From positions 10,891 through 74,890 of IMG/VR virus record IMGVR_UViG_3300020049_005939: a stretch of DNA of 64,000 bases; one strand, 5' to 3'. The notes under the pieces were generated by a model. It did not search any database, was not told the DNA's origin, and saw only the letters and a list, made by a program, of their open reading frames with translations. Source of the stretch: a virus. Its lineage: Duplodnaviria; Caudoviricetes. Shown here one piece after another: positions 55,398 to 64,000 of the stretch (positions are counted from its first letter, which is position 1; each line of letters starts with the position of its first letter). The position numbers and the translations under genes are program-made.

Positions 55398-55647
55398 TGA
55401 ACGTGTCTTCCATCTTCATGTGTAATAGTTCTTTTTTACACTGTTCTTTAATATAATTATCAATTGCGCTAAGTTCATCTAACATTACTTTAGTATAGTC
55501 GCTAAACCCTACGTGCTGGTCCTTACCGTTTTCGTCAAAGAAAGTGTAATAAGTTAACCCAAACCCAGTAGATTTTTTTATTACAAAATTTAAACATTTA
55601 AGATTGTTGTCTGTTAGAAATGCTTTAAACGACTCTAAATACATCAC
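55384..55647 (-). CDS. small protein with shared C-terminal helix
   Basis: Ends ELLHMKMEDTFNEKK. Confidence 0.6.
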   Translation of the reverse strand: MMYLESFKAFLTDNNLKCLNFVIKKSTGFGLTYYTFFDENGKDQHVGFSDYTKVMLDELSAIDNYIKEQCKKELLHMKMEDTFNEKK

Positions 55648-55922
55648 TTCACCTTTTTATACAATTTTCTCATACTAAAATCAATAGGTAAAGCATTTTC
55701 TTTTTCTATTTTAAAATAATCTTCAAGTGTTAATTTTAATTCACAATTAATCTTGTCGTGAACAGTTCCAAGTCCAATAATCCTATCCCTGGTATGGTTC
55801 TTTAGATCATCGGTTTGAGCTTTGTGGTACACTTGATCCAATGCTGTTATTTGTTGTTGTAAAACTAGAGCTTTATGCACGTTATTAACTATTGATTGTT
55901 TTAAATTCACTATGTCAGTCAT
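55644..55922 (-). CDS. coiled-coil hypothetical protein
   Basis: 92-aa helical ORF. Confidence 0.5.
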   Translation of the reverse strand: MTDIVNLKQSIVNNVHKALVLQQQITALDQVYHKAQTDDLKNHTRDRIIGLGTVHDKINCELKLTLEDYFKIEKENALPIDFSMRKLYKKVK

Positions 55923-56696
55923 TGAACACCTTTTTCATCTTTAGTTTAAGTTGCTCTTTACCTAGTTCAGATACGAGTTCTTTGCTACTCATAAGGAAAG
56001 GAACCTCCCAATTGTATTCTTTTTTACCTTTTTTGAAGATAATCAACTCGGTTACTTCCGAGTATAACCCAGGATTGAAAAACTGATAAGCACCCAGGAA
56101 ATGTTTATAGGTTAACTTATTCTCTTCCATAAAGTCTTGTAGTTCTTGGTATGTAGATGCCATAGTTGGTTCCTTGGGTACTGAAAAGGTTTTGGTTGTA
56201 TGATTAGTCACTGAATACATTTTTTATTTTCAATTTTAATTGTTCTTTTTGAATATAATCAATTATAGTAAGACAATGCTCTTTTGGGGCGCAGATTAAA
56301 ATTAAAGAGTTGTTTTCTTGTCTCTTAAATGATAAACCAAAGTCTGATTCTTCGTAATTGACACTATCAAATTTATCAATTGATATATTAAAACCTTTAA
56401 TTAATATTCTAAAAGCGTCAAAATGGGTTATTATATTTGGAATAGTATAGATATGATTAAACAACATCGAATATCCTTTTCATTTTCTTTTTAAGCTCTT
56501 CTCTAATTTGTTCCTCTTTAACAATCTTTAAAGTTTCTTCACCAGAAAACAAATGTAATATTCTACGTGCATAACCTTTAACTGTCAGCTCACACTCGGA
56601 TTCTTCAAGTGAATCAACGGCAATAATACTCTCAAAAGTAAGTCCATTGTCCTCTAACCATACTCTAAGTACCGTTTTATTTTCTAGTGTATCCAT
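55915..56696 (-). CDS. three small proteins with shared C-terminal helix (55915-56220, 56204-56467, 56457-56696)
   Basis: End EQLKLKMKKVFND, EQLKLKIKNVFSD, EELKKKMKRIFDVV. Confidence 0.7.
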
Positions 56697-56901
56697 AGAA
56701 TAAATTTAATTCCTCTATCTTCTTTTTGATTTCATCAGTCATGCCATATTCTTGTGCTAAGTAATTACATATAACAATTAATGGTACACCAGTTCCTAGA
56801 GCCATCTTGTTAAGAAGATCATTAAAATCAGAATTAGGATTATGGGTTTTAATAATCTTAATTCTTTCAAAAGTATTCTTATAGTTCTCCATCTTATACA
56901 T
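56677..56901 (-). CDS. hypothetical protein
   Basis: 74-aa ORF coupled to RNR. Confidence 0.5.
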   Translation of the reverse strand: MYKMENYKNTFERIKIIKTHNPNSDFNDLLNKMALGTGVPLIVICNYLAQEYGMTDEIKKKIEELNLFYGYTRK

Positions 56902-59630
56902 TATATATCACATACTCCAGAAATACAATCATCAATATGAGCGGCTTCTGCTTTATAAAGCTCGTTAAATCTTTTTTTGGCTTCATCTAATGAATGAGCA
57001 ACTAGCGGAGGCTCATGAGTCTTACCATATTCATCGATATAACCCCTGGTCCCTTCTCTATAAAAAGTTGTTCCTTTAAGGTGGGGAAGATACTCAAGCC
57101 ACAGCTCTTCCATCTCATCCATAGAAGCATTATTAGGGATGTTAATGGTCTTAGATACTGAAGAATCGACATGTCTTTGGACAGTCTTCTGCACTTCCAA
57201 ATGATCTTTAATTGAAAGCTCATAAGAACTAATAAAATGATCAACATTCTTACCATCTTTCATAAACTGCTCAAAGATTGGATGTAATAACTTCTGCACT
57301 TTACGTTCGTCGCCCTCCCAATACCTACGGTCATAGGCGGCAGCGAAGGCAGGCTCGATCCCCGATGAGCAATTACCCGAAAGAATCGACACAGTTCCAA
57401 CCGGAGCAACTGTGAGTAATGTACAATTTCTAATTCCATGTTCTTTAACTAGAGAACGAATTTTATTTGGCATTCTTTTCATAAATCCCGATTCGATAAA
57501 TTTATCTGGTTGACAAAGAGGAAAGGGACCTTTCTCAATTGCAAGCATCACTGAAGCTTCGTATGCTGCTTTGGAAATAAATCTATAGAGTTTATCAATA
57601 AATTTATTAGCTTCTTCTGATCCATATCTAAGCCCTAGAAGCATGAGGCAATCGGCTAATCCAGTTGTTCCCAACGCGATTCGTCTAAGGTTATGGGACA
57701 CTTCCTTCATTTCTGGGAGAGGATAATGATTAACGGTGAGAACATTATCTAAAAATCTAACGGATGTTCTAATAGTTTCACCCAATAAAGCATAGTCAAT
57801 TTGATTATCATTGATAAATCGAGGAAGAACTAGATGACCTAAATCGCAAGATTCATATGTTGTAAGAGGCAATTCACCGCATTGCCCCGTAATAACTCCA
57901 TTAAAAATACCCATATGTTTTTTTGGTTCAGTAAAACAATACACTGTATCAGCAACACCAGAATCGGTAATATCCGTAACGGTTATAAATTGGCTAGCAT
58001 CCCGTTGGGGAGTTTTGTCGAAGGACATTCTTTCGCAAGATAACCCGAGATCTTTGAGTTTTTGCATTTGAACTGCTCCTAAACACACCCTATAACAATC
58101 TTTACATAAGTAATCCTTAGACCCCCCGTGTCCATCGGGCATAGATCTATATCCAGCCTTGTTTGCTACAACAACCTTACTTTGAACACCTAAAGTTGAA
58201 AGTAATTTTTGTGTGTTCAATAAAAAATCTCTATCAATGGATGCTAACTGAAGACCACCTTCCTTTAATTCGGTGCCATCCCCGTCAAATAGTCCAGAGA
58301 GCCAATCTAATTTAGACTTTAAATCATAATCCAAAGGAACAAAATTTTTAGAAAATAAATCGTGCTTATGAGAAAATCTTGCTAATTTTCCATTAGGATT
58401 ATATGATATTTTTCCTTCGTCATTTAATAATCTTGAAATACATTTGAATTTGGGTTCATAAACTTGAAACCATCTATAGCCCTCCATTCCTTCAGCAGAA
58501 TAGAACCCTTGAAGATACGCAGTTTTAAGCATTTTCCCATGCTCAATAATAGGAAAATCATGTTTAATTAATTTCATCCCAGGAAGTAGGTCCCTGGCTT
58601 CGACTATTTTTGATTCTCCCGAGTATCCCTGAGCTATATGAAATTTATGATAATCTGTACAAGTTAGGGTTCTACCGTCGCTAAATGTAATGGTAACAAT
58701 TGATTGATTTTTTCCAGTGACACGAGGGGTGACTCTACTCCATTCAACCCCATTCCAGACTTCAATTGATTGATCGATTAATTCATCGATTCTAATGTAA
58801 CCATCTCTAGTTAAAATTTCGGTTTCCCCGATAACACAAGGATTAGTCGTAACTAGTTGTTTTGTATAAGAAATATTACTTTCTGATTCTACTAATTCCC
58901 AATTTAAAAATCCAGGTTCGGCTGAATTATAAGCATTAGCTACAATAGTTTTCCAAATATCTCTAGCTTTAACCGATTTTTTATATTTACCTTTCCAACT
59001 TAACTCCCAATCTAAATCATTCTTCACCGCTTTAATAAATTCTTTAGTTCTTTTAGAGCGAACTGAAACATTAGCATGAGTTAGTTGACCTTTAACCAAT
59101 TTGGCATCCAAAAATTCAGGAAGATCAGTATGATCTAGGTCTAAAGAAAACATTAAAGCTACTCGCCTTGATCCTGCGCTCTTAATCGGAGGTGCACATC
59201 CATCAATAAGTCGCATTAATTCAACTGGGCCAGGAGCAACTCCTTTTTGACCTTTAATTTCAGATCCCTTTGGTCGAATCTCAGAGAAATCATCACCACA
59301 ACCACCCTGTGACATAGAAGTTACAATCATATCCGAGGCACTTCTACCCCACCCTTCCTTTGAATCTTTATCGGGATTAAGAACAAAGCAATTTAATAGA
59401 GATGGATTTACCCTACCTGAACTATACCAAATCCGCCCACCTGGGGCAAATAGATTTTTAGTCAAAACGTCGTAAAACTTATCTTCATATGTCTTCTGTT
59501 TAGAAGGTTCTTCAGCTAAGGTCATTTGTTTAGATAATCTTAAACAGGCTTCCTCCCATGTTTCAGTTTCGGTAAATGCGTACCGTTCTCTAAAGATCTT
59601 TTCAGAGTATCCCATCGGCTTAAATGACAT
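56901..59630 (-). CDS. nrdJ: class II (B12-dependent) ribonucleotide reductase with intein
   Basis: PGGR, NCFV, NP|CGE after intein removal, SSGIEP, C-terminal CISGVC; no NrdB/NrdF seen. Confidence 0.88.
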   Translation of the reverse strand: MSFKPMGYSEKIFRERYAFTETETWEEACLRLSKQMTLAEEPSKQKTYEDKFYDVLTKNLFAPGGRIWYSSGRVNPSLLNCFVLNPDKDSKEGWGRSASDMIVTSMSQGGCGDDFSEIRPKGSEIKGQKGVAPGPVELMRLIDGCAPPIKSAGSRRVALMFSLDLDHTDLPEFLDAKLVKGQLTHANVSVRSKRTKEFIKAVKNDLDWELSWKGKYKKSVKARDIWKTIVANAYNSAEPGFLNWELVESESNISYTKQLVTTNPCVIGETEILTRDGYIRIDELIDQSIEVWNGVEWSRVTPRVTGKNQSIVTITFSDGRTLTCTDYHKFHIAQGYSGESKIVEARDLLPGMKLIKHDFPIIEHGKMLKTAYLQGFYSAEGMEGYRWFQVYEPKFKCISRLLNDEGKISYNPNGKLARFSHKHDLFSKNFVPLDYDLKSKLDWLSGLFDGDGTELKEGGLQLASIDRDFLLNTQKLLSTLGVQSKVVVANKAGYRSMPDGHGGSKDYLCKDCYRVCLGAVQMQKLKDLGLSCERMSFDKTPQRDASQFITVTDITDSGVADTVYCFTEPKKHMGIFNGVITGQCGELPLTTYESCDLGHLVLPRFINDNQIDYALLGETIRTSVRFLDNVLTVNHYPLPEMKEVSHNLRRIALGTTGLADCLMLLGLRYGSEEANKFIDKLYRFISKAAYEASVMLAIEKGPFPLCQPDKFIESGFMKRMPNKIRSLVKEHGIRNCTLLTVAPVGTVSILSGNCSSGIEPAFAAAYDRRYWEGDERKVQKLLHPIFEQFMKDGKNVDHFISSYELSIKDHLEVQKTVQRHVDSSVSKTINIPNNASMDEMEELWLEYLPHLKGTTFYREGTRGYIDEYGKTHEPPLVAHSLDEAKKRFNELYKAEAAHIDDCISGVCDI
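57882..58838 (-). mobile_element. intein (319 aa) with LAGLIDADG endonuclease
   Basis: Starts CVIGETEILT, ends VYCF...FNGVITGQ before +1 Cys; blocks LQGFYSAEG and LSGLFDGDG. Confidence 0.9.
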
Positions 59631-59632
59631 TG

Positions 59633-59929
59633 TTATTCCTCCAGTTGTTGATTAAAAATTGTTTTTAGTTTATCTTTTAGTCTTAATTGTTTAATTTCTT
59701 TTTTTGTTACTATCATACTTGATGTAACTGGAATACTAATTATCCAATAAGTTTTAATAGCATTAAAATCACCAATTTGATATTTAAGATTGTTATCCAT
59801 TCTAAAGTCTGTACATTTTTGACACACTTCACTCGTATAGAAATAATCAGATTGTTCTGTTCGTTTCAATGCACAACAATCGTTTAAAATGTAAAATTTA
59901 TAACCTGGAATTTTAACAGTTCTATACAT
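59633..59929 (-). CDS. small protein with shared C-terminal helix
   Basis: Ends QLRLKDKLKTIFNQQLEE. Confidence 0.65.
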   Translation of the reverse strand: MYRTVKIPGYKFYILNDCCALKRTEQSDYFYTSEVCQKCTDFRMDNNLKYQIGDFNAIKTYWIISIPVTSSMIVTKKEIKQLRLKDKLKTIFNQQLEE

Positions 59930-59931
59930 TA

Positions 59932-60441
59932 TTAATTGACTTCTAATAGATCGAGTTTTCGATACTCACTATCAATATAATTATCACATTTCTTATTTAG
60001 ATAGTCAATCAATTGTTGATTTAATTCTTGTAAAGAAACAGGCCCAACTGACTCATACATGAAATGCTTAGGATCTGGATTATGAGGTTCATTAAAAGAA
60101 CAGTGAACTAACTCATGAGCCATAGTCCCATACCTATCGGCTTCTGAAGCAGTGTCCCACCATTCCTTATCGAATGAAACATGGTAACTAAGTAAAGTCT
60201 GTTCACATAAACCAACCCAGATCTTCTCTCCATACCTACCAACTTCAGCTTTAGCAAAGTTTACCTTTGTTTTTGGAGGATAAAAAATCTTATTAGACGG
60301 ACAATGCGTATTAATTAAGTTTATTGAATACTCATAGTACCGAACTAACGAAGGTTCAACATAATGAACTGGAGTAATAGCGTAGGACACGGTAGCCATT
60401 AATGTTGTTATTAGAAAAAGATGCATTTTATTTGATTTCAT
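59932..60441 (-). CDS. exported metzincin/matrixin-like metalloprotease
   Basis: Signal-like N-terminus; HELVHCSFNEPH then HFMY (Met-turn). Confidence 0.7.
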   Translation of the reverse strand: MKSNKMHLFLITTLMATVSYAITPVHYVEPSLVRYYEYSINLINTHCPSNKIFYPPKTKVNFAKAEVGRYGEKIWVGLCEQTLLSYHVSFDKEWWDTASEADRYGTMAHELVHCSFNEPHNPDPKHFMYESVGPVSLQELNQQLIDYLNKKCDNYIDSEYRKLDLLEVN

Positions 60442-60661
60442 TTAGGCTCTTTCTAATCTGCCTACGTTCGTGAGCTTTCTGTTTCATTTTAACCTGGTGG
60501 CATCCGGGGCATACCCGACCATTCCAAAGGAGTTGGTTCTCATCAACCCATCGTTTATTGATGTTATCAGTAAACTTACCCGATTGAATTCGATTTTTCA
60601 TCTGATTACAGACTTTACATTTAGTTAAATTAGATTCTTGCATAAGATTAGCTCTTGACAA
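60428..60661 (-). CDS. zinc-ribbon protein
   Basis: CKVC...CPGC. Confidence 0.5.
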   Translation of the reverse strand: MSRANLMQESNLTKCKVCNQMKNRIQSGKFTDNINKRWVDENQLLWNGRVCPGCHQVKMKQKAHERRQIRKSLNEIK

Positions 60662-61092
60662 TTCTTTCGATTTTTTCTATTTGTTTATAGTATTTACTAC
60701 ATTCATGATCTAGCTCTTCTATTAGTAATTTTAATTCTCGACAAAGAGCTTTAAAGGCTGATATGCGAGATTTTCCTTTACCTTCTATTTGAGTTAATTT
60801 ATTATTTATTTTTACATTAATAGTTTCGCTAAAAAAGTTAGTTTCTTCATCAAGATCAATCATTCAATTTACTCCAATTCTTACTTTGTACAATTTCAGT
60901 ATCATTTGGATCTAAGGCGTCTAGAGTGCATCCGGGTACCAAAGGATTTGAACTGATATGAGAAATATACAGCATATTCTTGTATTTAATAACGGTTTTA
61001 TACATATAAAATTTTTTTCTTCTAGGTCCTATAAAATGGAAAATCTTAAGAATATCGAATTCTTCAATCGTTATGCCATTTTTATCAACCAT
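60648..61092 (-). CDS. two hypothetical proteins (60648-60863; 60856-61092, YopX-like start)
   Basis: GGAGG-preceded ATG at 61092 gives MVDKNGITIEEFDIL. Confidence 0.45.
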
Positions 61093-61093
61093 C

Positions 61094-62873
61094 TTATTCC
61101 TCCGAGAAGACTTCTTTAAGTTTACATTGTAATTTGTGATTTGTAAAGAGATTTCTATAACCTTGTTTATCATAATAATAATTTTCATATCTTCTATATG
61201 TATGTCGAAAACTATAAGATTTATATAAAAAAAATGTGTTTGGCTCATAAGACAACAGTCCTTTATTTTTTATAGCAACTCGTTTTATATTAAACAGCTT
61301 ACCAATTTTACCGTATTTATATAACACATGAGAATTAGCTATAATCCGGCGTCCTACGACGTGGCCGACGGCGATCTCCTTAAAAAATTCATTTCGAAAT
61401 CTATCGTAATAATACTCAACCTTAATCATTAAACATATCCTTCATTTTCTTTTTTAATCCCTGTTTATGTAAAAATTTAACAGCTTCCTCTCTACTAACT
61501 TCATTTATTCCCATTTGATACCCCAATCCTTCGGATGAAACTTCAATCATAAATTTAGGAACCTTTGAATTATATTCATCTATAATAAATTCAATAAATT
61601 CCCCATTCGGCACAGGCCACGAGAACAATGCGGGCCTAGATCTCAAAGAACCAGATCTAATCCAATATCTGATTTGTCCTATAACAAAAACTAAATATGT
61701 TCTATTACTGTATACAGCAGTATTACTCATTAAATACCTTCTCTAAATTTCTTTTTAGTCTTAATGCCCTTAAAAACTCGATAGCTTCTTCCCTAGAGCA
61801 AATGGTACTATTAAAACGCGAAGTGACAATTTCATACGTCATACCCAATCCGGGACCAAGAACAGTCTCAGACTCAACATATAGTACCTCTACATATGGA
61901 AAATTATAATTACCGGCGTGTCTATACGACTCTGTGTCCGATTCTATCTTATAAAAGACATTCCCTACAGCCGTACTAGCGTAAGAGGGCAATACCCGTT
62001 GACTATAAAGTTCTTTAAGTATACTACTCATATTCAAATTGTTTCTTTAACTTTTTTTCAAGTTCTATTATTTTTAGGTTATTAACCGCTTCTTGTCTTG
62101 TTATAGCTGTGGCTCTAAAAAATCCATCGCCTTTTTTTGGACGCATTTGATACGTAACTACCCTATCCTTTAAAATATAAACAGTGATCTTGCCTCTTGG
62201 TAAGTTAAATCCATCACTATTAGTATTCAGTCTATCTGCTTGAATAATATATGCAACATTTTCAAACTCTAAAATAGTATGAAATTCGCAGATTACTGGT
62301 TTCATTTAAATATTCCCTTTAACTTATCTTTCAATCTAGCTTTTTTTAACCAGTCTATGGCCTGTTTTCTAGTTAAAGGATTGCTAGGGTCATATCTCCC
62401 ATTTGTATAATTATTTAAAGCGTACTCCTCAATTTCGTGCCTTGAACTAACTTCAATGTCTATAAACCCACCCGCACAGTCCGGGCTAATCCATGCTTCC
62501 AGTTCATTATTAGAATATGGTCCCCCAGAGTAGGGTATTCGATGCCAATACCTAGTCCTACCCACGCACACTAATCGCCAACTGGAATTACGGTCAACCT
62601 TCATCTAAACACCTTCTTCATTATTTCCTTTTGTCTCCACTCCTTTAGAAGTCTATGTACCACATCCCTTTCCACGGGCACCCAATCGCCGCCACTACGC
62701 CACATGACATGGAACTCTTTACGAGCATCCATAATGTCACACACAATGAGTGGATACTTCCTAACATCATAAGTCACATACTTCATTTCATCACCCTTGT
62801 AATTAAATACTATAAGTCTACCAATCCTAATAGACCTGCTAGAACCATCATTATAAAAAGGTTCCACTATCAC
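61094..62873 (-). CDS. six tandem small proteins with shared C-terminal helix (61094-61429, 61422-61730, 61723-62037, 62024-62305, 62302-62604, 62601-62873)
   Basis: End KLQCKLKEVFSEE, GLKKKMKDMFND, RLKRNLEKVFNE, ELEKKLKKQFEYE, RLKDKLKGIFK, RQKEIMKKVFR. Confidence 0.75.
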
Positions 62874-63544
62874 ACTACGTCCCGCATCTTTTTTCTAGTT
62901 CTGTCATTCAGTATACAACACCTATAGCTGCGTCGCTTACGCTCGACTCGCTGAGCGCCTTCAGCGCGAGGCGAACTCGACAAATCACGTCCTGGGGCAT
63001 CCTGAGCATTAGTTTCTATATCCACACCCCCCCGGCCACCCACCCCATCCTCCCTACACACCGAATACCGCTCTAGATACTGGATGACTTCATTGGCTTC
63101 CCGATCAGTGGCGCACCACCCTAACGTATAACCCTTGTATCTGACGTTTACAGCCCTAATCGCCACCCCTTCCCCAGGTTCGGACATCCCTTTAACAAAT
63201 CGCGTCCTGAGGGCATTTGGAGCATTTAAAATAGTATAGCCTAAGTTTCTATAATAGTCAACATAATAATCCCTAAAAAGAGGCAGACTGTCTAGGTCAT
63301 AACTAGTTTCTAGAATTGATAGAGCACCATCCCCGTAGTCCTCGATGATCTTCGGTAAGGCCGACAGGATGTTTCTAGAATAGAAAACCGCCACCTTGAA
63401 TTCGTGCACTAGATTAGTTTCTATAGCCGTAGTCAAAGACATCCCCGGCATCCCTTTTTGTGTTATAGAAAACACACCAGGGATAGCCAAGGATTGAAAC
63501 ATTTTTATGTCGAAGGAATTATGTGAAAAGTTTATAGAGGGCAT
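62870..63544 (-). CDS. first early gene; possibly degenerate GIY-YIG-like fold
   Basis: PGVFSIT...VFYSRNI...ILE...YYVDYY..LGY; GC-richer than neighbours. Confidence 0.35.
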   Translation of the reverse strand: MPSINFSHNSFDIKMFQSLAIPGVFSITQKGMPGMSLTTAIETNLVHEFKVAVFYSRNILSALPKIIEDYGDGALSILETSYDLDSLPLFRDYYVDYYRNLGYTILNAPNALRTRFVKGMSEPGEGVAIRAVNVRYKGYTLGWCATDREANEVIQYLERYSVCREDGVGGRGGVDIETNAQDAPGRDLSSSPRAEGAQRVERKRRSYRCCILNDRTRKKMRDVV

Positions 63545-63556
63545 GTTATGTATACT

Positions 63557-63585
63557 ATACTAACATGTGAGTTGTACTAATGCAA
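63557..63585 (-). promoter_or_regulatory. sigma70-type early promoter
   Basis: TTGCAT-17 nt-TAGTAT with TG extension, upstream of the right-arm early operon. Confidence 0.6.
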
Positions 63586-63708
63586 GCTAATTATTTCTAT
63601 ATAGTTACAAATTGTATTATGAGAAGCCTATTTTGGTAATGGAAATGCTAGAGTTTCTATATTAATAAGGGTTTTACGAGTGGGTGAGGTTAGCACGAGC
63701 GTGTTCCA

Positions 63709-63919
63709 CATCCAGAGTACCCTACCCCCTATATCACTCATTACCAATAACTATTATATAGCTTATTGTAATAAATACACTCTCTGCAATATGTGTGCCA
63801 GAAGCATTGGCATAGTTCTTGCACTACTGCAATAAGCGTACCCGAGTGAGTGTACGGGAGACAGTGCTAGGGATACAATGAGTTAGGTTGATGGGGTAGG
63901 GGGTAGGGTACTCTGGATG
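63709..63919. repeat. 23-bp perfect inverted repeat enclosing nested stems
   Basis: CATCCAGAGTACCCTACCCCCTA at 63709-63731 and its reverse complement at 63897-63919. Confidence 0.8.
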
Positions 63920-64000
63920 GTACGACTATAAATCAGGTAGCTTTGAAACCATCAATCAAGTTGTCGGTCGTCTTGTCAAGGCGTCTATTCAAGGCCGGTC

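Noticed and set aside
63893-63910. Intramolecular G-quadruplex
   Set aside because: Only three runs of three or more G; better explained as one arm of the inverted repeat.
1-64000. CRISPR arrays, tRNA genes, integrase, alternative genetic code
   Set aside because: No spaced direct repeats, cloverleaf motifs or recombinase seen; long genes are intact under the standard code.

Overview
The window is 64 kb of an AT-rich, probably lytic, podovirus-like dsDNA phage of a Gram-negative host. The left arm (1-15.5 kb, + strand) carries early/metabolic genes: a deaminase, a MoxR-type AAA with a vWA-metallopeptidase partner, a PagL-like barrel, IMPDH/GMPR, a second AAA, a phosphoesterase, a dNTP diphosphohydrolase, dUTPase, HNH and ClpP. 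The rest reads mostly on the - strand: early small ORFs, an intein-containing class II RNR, terminase, portal, scaffold, major capsid, adaptor, nozzle, fibres, ejection proteins and holin. No DNA polymerase, helicase, primase, reverse transcriptase, integrase, tRNA or CRISPR was recognised. Main observations: (1) about 26 otherwise unrelated small proteins share one C-terminal amphipathic helix (roughly L-x-x-K-[LM]-K-x-x-F-[NS]-[DE]); (2) three Lcl/DUF1566-like paralogs end in GC-rich, DGR-like variable regions with no template or RT in the window; (3) the capsid gene is split by two group I introns around a 44-nt exon missed by the ORF track, and one intron appears to end in A rather than G; (4) a 7-copy late-promoter motif, TTAACAACT[AT]A; (5) a 25-aa ORF resembling the capsid N-terminus. 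All family assignments come from motif recognition by eye; no database search was run.
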